NCBI GenBank assembly: GCA_963678315.1
Contig: OY782781.1
Location: forward strand, 1,632,001 to 1,696,000
Source of the DNA: Candidatus Cloacimonadales bacterium
GTDB taxonomy: Bacteria > Cloacimonadota > Cloacimonadia > Cloacimonadales > JAFGVF01
Length of the DNA stretch: 64,000 nt
Reading direction: 5' to 3'
Positions within the stretch are counted from its first letter, which is position 1; the number at the start of each line of letters is the position of its first letter. Shown piece by piece: positions 21,762-32,627 of this stretch. The position numbers and the translations under genes are program-made. The notes beneath the pieces were generated by a model. That model worked only from the letters and a program-made list of their open reading frames with translations. It searched no databases and had not been told where the DNA came from.

Positions 21762-22829
21762 TTAAGCTTCTCCAATTAACTTAACTATCTCGTTAAATAC
21801 AGTATCAACAGGAATTGTTTCCATACACTTTTCATCACATGTATTTTTATAACAGCATTTACATGGTTTGTCTGGTTCTAATATGGTTCCTAATCCATAC
21901 AGTTCAAATTCATGCTTATTAAAAATATTGTTAAATAGTATTAGCTTTTTCTTTAAAGCAATGGATATATGCATTGCCATGGTTACCGATGTAACAACTA
22001 AATCACAGTTGTTAATGATATTGATAAATTCTGATAGAGGTTTTGTTCCAAAGTAAAGAGCTTTACCCCTTGTCGAAATTCTCATGTTCATCTCATGTTC
22101 GTGAGGACCTCCTAGCAATACAGGGACATAGCCAGCTTTGTTTAGTTTTTTGGAAAGAGAAACCCAGTTGTCAGAACCCCAAAGTCTAGTTAACCAACGA
22201 TTACCACAGCCAGTGTTTAAGCCAATAGTTTTGAAATTAGGTGTTAGCCCAAAAGGTATAAAAGTACTTGGTCTTTCTAGAATATACTCCTGTTTTTTAT
22301 ATTCAAAACCACACAGTTCGACTATCTCTTGAGGGTAACTTTTTCTATTAGCAAGGCACAAATCATCCCAGATACCAGTATTCCATTTATGTAGGGAATC
22401 ATCGTCTGCAGGGATACAATAACCGAATTCATTAATCTTATAACCTTTCAATACTTTAGTCTGTAATCTATTAGCTAAGCCTATAGCTTCTTTATCTTTA
22501 TCTAGATTGTAGACTATATCAAATTCTCTACCTAATAGCCATAAAACACTATCCATATTCCATTCAAGAACATGATTAACATAGTGAGTTGGAACAAATT
22601 CAGTAGTTCTAGTTATCCATGTAATATGGGCATTAGGGTATTTTTCTCTGAGAGGGTGAAGTATGGGAGTAGTTCTTAAAACATCACCACTAGCCCCAAG
22701 TTTTATAATTAATATTCTTTCTTGAAATGACTTATATTCTGGGCAGTTATCACAATGATAACCATTATTCTTGTGTGGCTTGCAAGGAATATCTCCTTTA
22801 AAAAAAATGCAATCTTGCTTAACTTCCAT
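21762..22829 (-). CDS. Glycosyltransferase family 9 (heptosyltransferase-like)
   Basis: IIKLGASGDVLRTTP, LLGGPHE, MHISIAL. Cys-rich N- and C-termini. Confidence 0.88.
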   Translation of the reverse strand: MEVKQDCIFFKGDIPCKPHKNNGYHCDNCPEYKSFQERILIIKLGASGDVLRTTPILHPLREKYPNAHITWITRTTEFVPTHYVNHVLEWNMDSVLWLLGREFDIVYNLDKDKEAIGLANRLQTKVLKGYKINEFGYCIPADDDSLHKWNTGIWDDLCLANRKSYPQEIVELCGFEYKKQEYILERPSTFIPFGLTPNFKTIGLNTGCGNRWLTRLWGSDNWVSLSKKLNKAGYVPVLLGGPHEHEMNMRISTRGKALYFGTKPLSEFINIINNCDLVVTSVTMAMHISIALKKKLILFNNIFNKHEFELYGLGTILEPDKPCKCCYKNTCDEKCMETIPVDTVFNEIVKLIGEA

Positions 22830-22844
22830 TCTAACTCCACTTAT

Positions 22845-25800
22845 TTATAAAGATTTATAGTCAATGTATAAACCTTTTTCTTTTATATATTCTATAACAT
22901 TATCATACTGTTGTAAATGACACAATATTCTTGCATTCCCAACAAGGATAATTTGTTCTATAGAACGAGAAAGAGCAACATTTAACTTTCTGTCAATATT
23001 TCTATCTGAAGAGAGTGACTCAAGATTGTCTAACTGATGAATAAAGTTACAGGCAAGAGAATATATAATTATATCTCTTTCAGAGCCTTGAAAGCGTTCA
23101 ACAGTATCAACACTTATTGCATTAGCCTTAGGGAAATCTGTTAAGTAGCTTCTTATTAAATTAATCTGGCTACGCCAAGGGCAGATGATTCCAATGGACT
23201 TATCAGAAAAAGCTGTGTTTAAAGTTGGAATTAATCCTTCAACTATGGTTTTGACTATCTTAGCTTCAGAAACTGAAACTTTAGATGATGATTTATCTTC
23301 AATATTAATAAAGATGATTCTAGATTTTGAAAGATATTGGGATAGTAGTTTGTCAGAACTTTCTGCTAATTTTAATAAGAAACTTGTGGATTTCTGTTTA
23401 TCCAATCCTGTCTTTAATTGATTATTATAAAATGGATTTACCAAATCAGCAACATGGCTATGCATTCTATAATGAAATTCAAGAGTATGTATAGAATCTT
23501 GCCAATTCTTATTTTGTGCGTTAGTAAATAACCTTTCAAACAAAGACTGTCCATAATCATGTATTCCAAGAGCATTTAATTCTTTTAAATTACATGCTTT
23601 ATTATCTGCAGACTGAGTAACTATTGCGGGCAATTGTATCTGATCACCAATCATAATGAATCTCTGGAAATTGTCTAATATTCCAATGATGTCAGCTTCT
23701 AGTAACTGTGAAGCTTCGTCAATAAAGAGAGTATCGAAAGATATGATTGAGTTTAAAGCTTCTTGTGATGAATGATAGGAAGCAACAGTTGAACAAAATA
23801 CTTGATATTTATCTATACTTGATTCTATTTCAGCTAACTTTTGATTGGAATTGGTCAGGTCATGTATTGACGATATAGAAGAATCACTTTTACTACCTAA
23901 TCTAAGATAATCAATATCAGAGTCATTTAATTTATGACAAACCTCATCTATAGCTCTATTAGTAAAAGATAATATCATAATCTTTTCATTAGTATTTCTA
24001 TATAAGTACTTAATGCAGTTAATCAAGAATGAAGAAGTTTTTCCTGTACCTGGAGGTCCTTGAAGTAGGAAGTAGTCCCTAGATGCAAGAGCTTTTGTGA
24101 TAATTGGGTTTAAATAGTCTGTCGATTCTGAATAAGCGAATGAGCTGTCTATTTCCGGTTCAATGTTGCCTAGTAATAGACTTCTTTTGCTAGCTGGAAG
24201 TTTGGTAAACTTAGTAAGTGAACTTAATAGGCTAGATTGTAGCGAATCATTAGAATCCTGCTCAATATTCCAGAAAGAGTATGATGCAAACAACCTTTCA
24301 TTAATCAGACTATTTCTAGGCTTTAGGGATACTGTATTTCCAGCAATTTCTACTATAGAACATTTTATAATCTGGGATTTGAATTCAAAACTATCTTCGC
24401 TGGAGGCTGGATATAAAACAACTCTATCTCCTTTTCTTAAACTACAGTAACTAAGATCATTATTAGCTAAGAAAACAAGCTTTTCATCATCAAAATTACT
24501 AAACTCAAGCTGGGTGATTACTTTGCTGTTAAGAGATTTATCAGCGTTAGAGCTTAGCCAGATAGAGCTAAAACCATAGTTGCTATACTGTTTTTGGTTT
24601 GACGTAAAATAACCGGTTTTCGAGGACCATATTTCTCTCATTAGAAAAGCAAAATAACTAGTATAGTATGCTTTCTCGGTTGGAGTGAGAGAACTGAAAT
24701 GTTGCATGATTTCAGCATATTCTTCTTGTTTATAGATAGGAAGTTTTGATTCATCTAAAGAAGAAATATAATCAGTGATTGTTGTTTCGTCATTAGCTAC
24801 TTTGTAACTATCGCTAACAATACAATTTCTAAGCATCAAAATATGTTGTTCAAGATATGTATTAGAAGTGACATTTCTGAGCTCAGCTTTGTTATCACAT
24901 GAATAGAATATCATTGATGAACCGGATCTATCTTGTCCAAAAGTAGATTCAAGAAGTAAGTTGTATATTACTACCTGAACCTCGTGAGATTTCCAAATTC
25001 CATTATATGGGGCTTTTCCGCTTTTAAGTTCAAAGATAGATTTTCGTTTGGGGTCATTGTTTTCTCCTTCTATTAAACCGTCTAACCTTCCATATAAACC
25101 ATATTTAGGAGCGTAAAAAGATGGTTCTATTGTTAGTTGTATGTCCTCAAACTTATCTGTTACTTTCAGCATATTAGGAAAGTGATTTTGTCTAATATCT
25201 TTCATAATTACCATTAATTCTTTAACCCCTATACTGAGAGCAGTAAGAATTGACGAATGCACACATTCAACATACATTTTATTAAAGTCTCTTTCTTGAT
25301 CCTTGATCATCCTATCCAAAATCTGATTAACAAAATTACCTTTTACAAAAGGAAGAGATATTGATACATTACTAATTAGAGAAAGCATAGCAAGCTTATG
25401 GTAAGCATATTTACTTTGAAAACACGATGCAATACTTGTTGCATCTACTAAATAGTCTGGTTCTAGGATAATCTTTGTGCTATCAGTATTTCGTAATATC
25501 TGCTTTTCAAAATCAAGGATTTCTAGATGATAGAAAGTAATCTTAGCTCCCTTCCATAATAGCTTTGAGAAGTTTCCTAAGAGCCTTCCATATTTATAAT
25601 CTACAAGCTTATCGCTATACATAGCAATATCTGTTAGCTCAATATAAACATAATTCCCTTGCTCAAGGCTAAATCCAGATATTCTACAAGTTCTTTTCTT
25701 ATCTAATAATGAAGGCTGTGTGTAATCATCAACAGTTATTGTTACAGAATCTATCTGCTCATTATCTATAGTGGAAGTCTTAAGTAGCGATAAAGGATTT

Positions 25801-26189
25801 TCCTGTAAAATCCATTTTAAATTACCAGGTATTTCGAGTGAGAATACTGAAGTAACTTTCACAATATAGAAAACACAAGCTTTTAATAACTTAGGATTGC
25901 TAGAAAAGATGTTTATTATATCTACTTTGTTTAGTAGTTTTCTAACTTGGTGAATATTGGCAATTAAATCATTATCTAACCTGTGAAGTTCGTGGATGAA
26001 GACTATTCTACTATATAGATTAGGGAACTTTTCTTTCGAGTTGATAGTAAGGCTATAAAAGAAATCTTCTAAGAAATTCCTTAAATCTGTAGCAATAGCC
26101 TTGCTATCTGTATCTGTAGTATATCTATTCCAAATATCTTCTAGCCATTCAGTATATTTATTCTTGCTCATGCCTCTTTGATTATCCAT
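22845..26189 (-). CDS. Dna2-like PD-(D/E)xK nuclease-SF1 helicase
   Basis: EPSF...GRLD...FELKSGK...QVVIY nuclease motifs, and helicase motifs QGPPGTGKT, IDEASQ, GDQIQLP, DTVERFQGSERD, LNVALSR. Confidence 0.88.
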   Translation of the reverse strand: MDNQRGMSKNKYTEWLEDIWNRYTTDTDSKAIATDLRNFLEDFFYSLTINSKEKFPNLYSRIVFIHELHRLDNDLIANIHQVRKLLNKVDIINIFSSNPKLLKACVFYIVKVTSVFSLEIPGNLKWILQENPLSLLKTSTIDNEQIDSVTITVDDYTQPSLLDKKRTCRISGFSLEQGNYVYIELTDIAMYSDKLVDYKYGRLLGNFSKLLWKGAKITFYHLEILDFEKQILRNTDSTKIILEPDYLVDATSIASCFQSKYAYHKLAMLSLISNVSISLPFVKGNFVNQILDRMIKDQERDFNKMYVECVHSSILTALSIGVKELMVIMKDIRQNHFPNMLKVTDKFEDIQLTIEPSFYAPKYGLYGRLDGLIEGENNDPKRKSIFELKSGKAPYNGIWKSHEVQVVIYNLLLESTFGQDRSGSSMIFYSCDNKAELRNVTSNTYLEQHILMLRNCIVSDSYKVANDETTITDYISSLDESKLPIYKQEEYAEIMQHFSSLTPTEKAYYTSYFAFLMREIWSSKTGYFTSNQKQYSNYGFSSIWLSSNADKSLNSKVITQLEFSNFDDEKLVFLANNDLSYCSLRKGDRVVLYPASSEDSFEFKSQIIKCSIVEIAGNTVSLKPRNSLINERLFASYSFWNIEQDSNDSLQSSLLSSLTKFTKLPASKRSLLLGNIEPEIDSSFAYSESTDYLNPIITKALASRDYFLLQGPPGTGKTSSFLINCIKYLYRNTNEKIMILSFTNRAIDEVCHKLNDSDIDYLRLGSKSDSSISSIHDLTNSNQKLAEIESSIDKYQVFCSTVASYHSSQEALNSIISFDTLFIDEASQLLEADIIGILDNFQRFIMIGDQIQLPAIVTQSADNKACNLKELNALGIHDYGQSLFERLFTNAQNKNWQDSIHTLEFHYRMHSHVADLVNPFYNNQLKTGLDKQKSTSFLLKLAESSDKLLSQYLSKSRIIFINIEDKSSSKVSVSEAKIVKTIVEGLIPTLNTAFSDKSIGIICPWRSQINLIRSYLTDFPKANAISVDTVERFQGSERDIIIYSLACNFIHQLDNLESLSSDRNIDRKLNVALSRSIEQIILVGNARILCHLQQYDNVIEYIKEKGLYIDYKSL

Positions 26190-26408
26190 ATCCTTCCTAT
26201 TATATATATTAAGTAAGATGATTATTAATTTAGTTAAAATATCGTCAATTTAAATATCTAGAGACTGGTCTTAGTAATATAGAAGGAAGTCTCATGTAAA
26301 TAGCTGTTAGATAGTCTTTTATGCACTACTGATAAATAATGATAATTTTTATTGACACAAAGTACCTATCAATAATTTTTAGAAAAATTTAGTTTGGGAG
26401 ATGTTACT

Positions 26409-27554
26409 ATGCGTAAGTATCTTATTAGCATGGCATTATGCTTATTTTTTGTTAGTAGTTTATTTTCTTATGAAAATACTCTATATGTTTTTAATTGGAC
26501 TGAATATATCGATCCCGATATAGTTAAAGAGTTTGAAGAAAAGTATGACTGTGAAGTCATTGAAGACAATTTTGATTCAAATGAGTCAATGCTAACTAAA
26601 GTTATCAATGCAGGCAAATCTTATGATCTTGTTTGTCCATCTGGTGACCATGTTACTATTCTAAGAGAAAAGGACCAGCTAGAGAAATTTGATATGACTC
26701 TTTTACCAAACTGGAAGCACCTAGATGAGAATATTTTGACTAAACTATCTAAATTTGATATGGCTGATGGCTATGCAATGCCTTATTTTTGGGGTGTTAC
26801 AGGTATCTTGTATAATCCTGAATTCATGGATGAAGCAGATAAAGAAAACATTGGTTGGAGTATCTATAAAAACGAGAAGTATAAAGATAAGGCAATGATG
26901 CTTAATGATGCAAGAGAAGTAGTTGGTGCTGCTTTGATTGTTAGTGGTTATTCAGTTAACGACTTTTCTCCAGAAGCTTTAGAAAAAGCAAAAGATGTCT
27001 TAGTGAAGTGGGATGATAATATCTCACAATATGACTCAGATGCCTACAAAAACGATGTCCCTCAAAATGAAGTTTGGATAGCACAAGCTTATAATGGTGA
27101 TGCTTTACAAGTGATTAGAGATTATCCTAACCTTAAGTTCTCATTACCTAAAGAAGGTGGTACATATTGGATTGATTCTTTTGTGATGCTTAAGAATGCT
27201 GAGAACAAAGATATGGCCTATAAATTCTTAAATTATCTAATGGAGCCTGAAATTGCAGCAAGAAACGCTGAATGGGTTGAATATCCAACTCCTAACAAAT
27301 CTGCTTTTGATAACTTTGTTTCAGAAGAAAGCAAGAACAATGAAAACATCTACGTTTCTCAAAGTTACCTTGATAAATGTTACCCTATTAATTTCTTAGG
27401 TGAAGATGTTATTGGTATATCTAACTTGTTTGAGAGAATATGTTTGAATGTTGAAAGTTCAAAAGATAAAAAGTCAACAAATATGTTACCTATCTGGATA
27501 GCTATATTTGTAGCTGTCTTTATACCTATAATCGCAAAGAAGAAAAGAAAATAA
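26409..27554 (+). CDS. potD: Spermidine/putrescine ABC transporter substrate-binding protein with C-terminal TM anchor
   Basis: LYVFNWTEYID, FDSNE, PYFWG, PKEG..WID. Hydrophobic C-terminus ending in KKKRK. Confidence 0.88.
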   Translation: MRKYLISMALCLFFVSSLFSYENTLYVFNWTEYIDPDIVKEFEEKYDCEVIEDNFDSNESMLTKVINAGKSYDLVCPSGDHVTILREKDQLEKFDMTLLPNWKHLDENILTKLSKFDMADGYAMPYFWGVTGILYNPEFMDEADKENIGWSIYKNEKYKDKAMMLNDAREVVGAALIVSGYSVNDFSPEALEKAKDVLVKWDDNISQYDSDAYKNDVPQNEVWIAQAYNGDALQVIRDYPNLKFSLPKEGGTYWIDSFVMLKNAENKDMAYKFLNYLMEPEIAARNAEWVEYPTPNKSAFDNFVSEESKNNENIYVSQSYLDKCYPINFLGEDVIGISNLFERICLNVESSKDKKSTNMLPIWIAIFVAVFIPIIAKKKRK

Positions 27555-27571
27555 TAATTGTGAGAGTGTAA

Positions 27572-28726
27572 GTGGCGAATTTAACAATAAAGAACGTTAC
27601 TAAGAGATTTGAGAACTTCATTGCTGTAGACTCTGTTAATTTAGAGATTCAGCAAGGGGAGTTCTTCTCTTTTCTTGGACCTAGTGGCTGTGGCAAGACA
27701 ACACTTCTTCGAATGATAGCAGGATTTGAAACTCCTACTGAAGGATCTATCTTCATTGGAGATAAGGATATTACTAATCTCCCTCCTTATAAGCGACCAG
27801 TTAATACAATCTTTCAAAACTATTCTCTTTTTCCACACATGAATGTTTATGAAAATATTGCTTTTGGATTGAATATAAAAAAGAAGGATAAAGCTTTCAT
27901 TAGTGACAAAGTTAACTCAATGCTAAAACTTGTTAAAATGGAAAACCTAGAAAAGAAGTATCCTAACCAACTTAGTGGTGGTCAAAGACAAAGGGTGGCA
28001 ATTGCCAGAGCATTGATTAATGAGCCAGAAGTACTTCTTCTTGATGAACCTTTAGCTGCTCTGGATCTTAAACTTCGTCAGCACATGCTTATTGAATTAA
28101 TGAATATCCATGATGCAGTTGGTATCACATTTTTATATGTAACTCATGACCAGAGTGAGGCTTTATCTGTGGCAGATAGATTAGCTATCATGGATCACGG
28201 ACGCTTTGCTCAGATTGGTTTACCTGATGATGTATATGAAAGACCAGAATCCATCTTTTCAGCTTATTTTGTGGGAGACACTAACTTTATAACAGGTAGA
28301 GTTGTTCAAGTACTAGATGATTATGTTACAATTTCAGCTGATATTGGTAAAGATAAATACGTTGAAATAGATAGTTATTATGCAAGACAACCTTTTGTTG
28401 ATGAGAAAATTACACTTTCTCTTAGACCAGAGAAGATTGCCATCTCAAGAAAGCCTCCTAAACATCAGGATGATTTCAATATCCTTAAAGGAACAATAGA
28501 AGATATTCTTTACTTAGGTACTCATACTCAATACATTGTTACTGTAGAAGATTTGCAAATAAGAGTCTTTCAACAACATAAGAAAGTTTATATTGATGAA
28601 TTCTCTTTAGATTGGAATGAAGAAGTTTATCTATATTGGCATGATACTGATAGTCATATAATCTTTGAAGAGATTGACGAAAGAATACTTACACGTCGTC
28701 CATTGATTAAAACAAGAAAGAAGTAA
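27572..28726 (+). CDS. potA: Polyamine ABC transporter ATP-binding protein
   Basis: GPSGCGKTT, PPYKRPVNTIFQNY, LSGGQRQR, LLDEP. Confidence 0.93.
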   Translation: MANLTIKNVTKRFENFIAVDSVNLEIQQGEFFSFLGPSGCGKTTLLRMIAGFETPTEGSIFIGDKDITNLPPYKRPVNTIFQNYSLFPHMNVYENIAFGLNIKKKDKAFISDKVNSMLKLVKMENLEKKYPNQLSGGQRQRVAIARALINEPEVLLLDEPLAALDLKLRQHMLIELMNIHDAVGITFLYVTHDQSEALSVADRLAIMDHGRFAQIGLPDDVYERPESIFSAYFVGDTNFITGRVVQVLDDYVTISADIGKDKYVEIDSYYARQPFVDEKITLSLRPEKIAISRKPPKHQDDFNILKGTIEDILYLGTHTQYIVTVEDLQIRVFQQHKKVYIDEFSLDWNEEVYLYWHDTDSHIIFEEIDERILTRRPLIKTRKK

Positions 28727-28727
28727 T

Positions 28728-29612
28728 ATGGAAAGATATACACCGCAAGAGATAGCTTCTATTCGAAGAAAGAATCGTACAAGCTGGATTCTAACTACTC
28801 CTTTTATAATTTGGATGAGCTTTTTCTTCTTAATACCTTACATAATTGTAGTTATATATAGTATCCTTACTCCTGGAGTATATGATATTAAGTTTATATT
28901 TTCACTTGAATCATGGAAATCTGCTTTTTCTCCATCATACATAAATTCTATTACACATTCTCTGAGTATGTCATTTATTACAACGATCTTGTGTATCTTA
29001 ATAGGATTTCCAGTAGCCTACTGGATAGCCAAACTACCTGCCAAAAATAGGTCATTCTGGTTAGCAATCATTATTATCCCATTTTGGACTAATTTTGTTA
29101 TAAGAATATTCTCATGGAAGGTTTTTTTAGCTTCAAAAGGTATTCTCAATTCTGTCTTGCTCTCTTTAGGATTAATTGATACTCCTATGATGATGTTAAG
29201 AACAGATTGGGCGGTCTTAGCTGTAATGGTTTATGTCTATCTTCCTTACATGATTCTTCCAATATATTCTGTACTTGAAAAGCTAGATTTTAAGTTATTA
29301 GATGCTGCCTTGGATTTAGGGGCTAATGAGATTAAAGCCTTTTGGAAAGTTACTTTCCCCCTTTCTATAGAAGGAATTTTTGCAGGTTCAGTTTTAGTCT
29401 TTATTCCGGCTCTTGGCACCTATATTATACCTCAATTAGTTGGCCACCAAAGCAATCCTTTTATTGGACAGTTGATTACTTATAAAACTAAGTCAATACC
29501 TAGAAATTGGCCATTGGCATCAGCATTAGCATTTATTTTATTGCTTACAGTTGCATTTATCTTAATCGCAGGTTATCAGTATTATAAAAAACTAGGAAAG
29601 AAGAATACATGA
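28728..29612 (+). CDS. potB: Polyamine ABC transporter permease
   Basis: IIPFWTNFVIR, LPYMILPIY, DAALDLGA. Confidence 0.92.
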   Translation: MERYTPQEIASIRRKNRTSWILTTPFIIWMSFFFLIPYIIVVIYSILTPGVYDIKFIFSLESWKSAFSPSYINSITHSLSMSFITTILCILIGFPVAYWIAKLPAKNRSFWLAIIIIPFWTNFVIRIFSWKVFLASKGILNSVLLSLGLIDTPMMMLRTDWAVLAVMVYVYLPYMILPIYSVLEKLDFKLLDAALDLGANEIKAFWKVTFPLSIEGIFAGSVLVFIPALGTYIIPQLVGHQSNPFIGQLITYKTKSIPRNWPLASALAFILLLTVAFILIAGYQYYKKLGKKNT

Positions 29613-30409
29613 GCTATCAATCAAAATTAAAAAAGACTTTAAGTAGTATAAATTTAGTTACAGTTATTATTGCATTATTGTTTTTATACATTCCTATCTT
29701 GATTCTTATCATCTATAGCTTTAATGATGCAAGAATTATCGCAAATTGGAATGGTTTTACTTTTAAATATTACCTTGAACTCTGGGAGAATGATAATCTT
29801 GTAAACTCATTCATTAATTCTCTCTTTGTGGCTATTGCCTCAACCATTATATCTACTGCATTTGGTTTGATAACATCTTTAGGAATGGAAAATAAGCTGT
29901 TTACAGGTAAGAAATTTATTCAGGCTGTTACTTTTCTTCCTTTGATAATGCCTGATATCCTAATGGGTGTTTCTATTGCTATGCTCTTTAGTTTTCTTCG
30001 TTTCCCAATGGGGAAAATCACAGTTATAATAGCACATATCACCTTTTGTATTTCTTACACAATAATCGTAATTCAATCGAGATTACAAGGCTTTGATAAA
30101 TCTCTGGAAGAGGCTGCCCTTGACTTAGGTGCTAATAGAAGGGAATTCTTCTGGAAGATTAAGTTCCCTCTGATTTTTCCAGGTATTTTAGCTGGAGCAT
30201 TATTAGCTTTTACTCTTTCACTTGATGACTTCATTATCACTTTCTTTACTACAGGAAGAGGCTTCAATACCCTGCCTGTCTATGTGGAAAGCGCTATAAG
30301 AAGAGGTTCCATTACTACCATTAACGCTCTTTCAACAATTATGGTTATGATGACCTTGTTCATTACTCGTCTGTCTAAACCAATCAGAAGATTAGCACTT
30401 AAGATTTAG
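29609..30409 (+). CDS. potC: Polyamine ABC transporter permease
   Basis: FLYIPI..YSFN, EEAALDLGA, FTLSLDDF. Confidence 0.92.
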   Translation: MSYQSKLKKTLSSINLVTVIIALLFLYIPILILIIYSFNDARIIANWNGFTFKYYLELWENDNLVNSFINSLFVAIASTIISTAFGLITSLGMENKLFTGKKFIQAVTFLPLIMPDILMGVSIAMLFSFLRFPMGKITVIIAHITFCISYTIIVIQSRLQGFDKSLEEAALDLGANRREFFWKIKFPLIFPGILAGALLAFTLSLDDFIITFFTTGRGFNTLPVYVESAIRRGSITTINALSTIMVMMTLFITRLSKPIRRLALKI

Positions 30410-30597
30410 TGAACATACTGCTTAGACAGCTTCTGTTATGAAAAATGCACAGCCTTGGGCTCACTATTTGGGCTAATTTAGGAACAACAAAAACTAGACT
30501 TTTTCCAATAGTCGCAACAAATTATCTTGACACATAGATACTTTATAAAAGTTTACTTTAATAATTATATTAAATCGGATGATATAGAGAGGAAAAA

Positions 30598-32607
30598 ATG
30601 CGTAAAAACAAACTTAATTTACTACTAATTTTATTACTTGCTTTTGTAGGACTTACTTCTATAGAAAGCAATGATTTTGAATTCACATGGCAAGATGAAA
30701 ACACTCTTAATTCAGATGTAAGAATCTCTCCAACAGACCCTCCAACAGGCCAAGTAAGGGCTATTGCCGAGTTTGAACCAATGGATGCAGTTATCGTAAG
30801 ATACCCTTTAGGAATACCAACTGAATTCGTAGCTCTGCTATCTCAAGAATCTCCAGTTATCTGTATAGTTGCTAGTTCTTATGAACAATCTTCAGCTCAA
30901 TCTTCTTTTGATGCGGCAGGTGTTAATAATGATAATTTAAGCTACATTATTGCTGATACAGATTCTTATTGGACAAGAGATTATACATCTTGGTTTATTA
31001 CTAATGGCGACCAAGAAGTTTCTGTTCTTAATTTTGAATATAACAGACCTAGACCTAATGACAATCTTTTCCCTGGCGAATTTGCTGATGAATTTGATTA
31101 CCCATACTATGCTATGAATATAGAACAAACTGGTGGTAACTTCATGTGTGATGGTTACGGTATAGCTGCTTCTTCTCATATTGCTTATACTGAAAACAGC
31201 AACAACCAAACCTTAGTTGATAACACTATGGAAAGCTATATGGGAATTACTGATTACATGGTAGTTCAAGATCCTAATGAAACTTACATTGACCACATCG
31301 ACTGCTGGGGTAAATTCTTATCCGTTGATAAAGTTCTTATCAGACAGGTTGCTACAAGTCATTCTCAATATGATGAACTTGAAGAAGTTGCTGACATGTT
31401 TGCTACTACAAACTGCTCTTGGGGCTACCCTTACGAAGTTGTTCGTGTCTACACTCCTAATGATGAACCTTACTCAAATTCATTAATTCTTAATGATAGA
31501 GTCTTTGTTCCACAAACAGGTGGACAGTGGGATGACGAAGCTCTTGAAACTTATGAACAAGCTATGCCAGGTTACACTGTTTATGGTGTTGTGAATAATA
31601 CATGGAATGGCTGGGAATCAACTGATGCTCTTCATTGTAGAACTCATGAAATTCCAGGACAAGATATGCTTTCAATTTTACATTATCCAATCTGGGAAGA
31701 TGTGCAAGACCAAGCTGTTACTATAGAAGCTAGAATCATTGCCCATAGTAATGAAAATATCTATGCTGATTCTACTAAAGTATTCTATAGAACTTCTCCT
31801 ATTCAAGATTGGCAATCAGCTAATATGATTTTACAAAATGAAGACACTTATTCTGTAGAAATCGGTCCTTTTGATCAAGATTGTAGCATTGAATACTTTA
31901 TTCATTCAGCTGATGAATCTGGTCAATCAGAAGATTACCCTTATGTAGGACAAGAAGATCCATTCACTTTTAACTATCATAATTCTTCTTCTAATGTAGC
32001 TCCTGTAATCACTTTTGACCCAGTATTGGAAGTTGAAACTGCTGATTTACCATTGACAATAACTTGCCAAGCTATCGACCAAGATGATAATCTTGCTGAA
32101 GTAAAATTATTTGCTGTTGTTAATGGAAATGCAAGAATGATCACAATGCAAGAAGACTTATCACAAGATGATACCTTTTTTTGTGATTGGGATTTCTCCG
32201 AATATCTGAACGAAACTGATAATTTTGTGACATATAGGATTAATGCAACTGATTTAGCAGGTGCTTCTACTCAAACCGAAAATTTTACCTTAAATGTTGA
32301 AGTTACACCTAACGCTAACAATGAAACAGAGCTTGTTACTGGTATTCTAAATACTTACCCAAACCCTTTTCATAACAATGTGTCTATTCAGTTTTCTAGT
32401 AAATCAAACAATCAAACTATCTCTGTCTATAACATAAAGGGTCAACTTGTTAGAACTATTAAATCTACTGCTAAAGCTAACAGCCTTTCTTCTGTTAACT
32501 GGGATGGAAGAGATTCTAATGGTAATAAATCTGCTACAGGTATCTACTACATAATCATGGATAATGGAAGAACAAAATCAACTAAGAAAGTTCTCTTAAT
32601 GAAATAA
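30598..32607 (+). CDS. Secreted agmatine/peptidylarginine deiminase family protein with FlgD-Ig/T9SS-like C-terminal domain
   Basis: Signal peptide, AEFEP, WTRD, GGN, DHID, LHC, and C-terminal YPNPFHN...VYNIKGQLVR...WDGRD...ATGIY. Confidence 0.85.
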   Translation: MRKNKLNLLLILLLAFVGLTSIESNDFEFTWQDENTLNSDVRISPTDPPTGQVRAIAEFEPMDAVIVRYPLGIPTEFVALLSQESPVICIVASSYEQSSAQSSFDAAGVNNDNLSYIIADTDSYWTRDYTSWFITNGDQEVSVLNFEYNRPRPNDNLFPGEFADEFDYPYYAMNIEQTGGNFMCDGYGIAASSHIAYTENSNNQTLVDNTMESYMGITDYMVVQDPNETYIDHIDCWGKFLSVDKVLIRQVATSHSQYDELEEVADMFATTNCSWGYPYEVVRVYTPNDEPYSNSLILNDRVFVPQTGGQWDDEALETYEQAMPGYTVYGVVNNTWNGWESTDALHCRTHEIPGQDMLSILHYPIWEDVQDQAVTIEARIIAHSNENIYADSTKVFYRTSPIQDWQSANMILQNEDTYSVEIGPFDQDCSIEYFIHSADESGQSEDYPYVGQEDPFTFNYHNSSSNVAPVITFDPVLEVETADLPLTITCQAIDQDDNLAEVKLFAVVNGNARMITMQEDLSQDDTFFCDWDFSEYLNETDNFVTYRINATDLAGASTQTENFTLNVEVTPNANNETELVTGILNTYPNPFHNNVSIQFSSKSNNQTISVYNIKGQLVRTIKSTAKANSLSSVNWDGRDSNGNKSATGIYYIIMDNGRTKSTKKVLLMK

Positions 32608-32627
32608 ATATTTAATAAAGAATAGTT

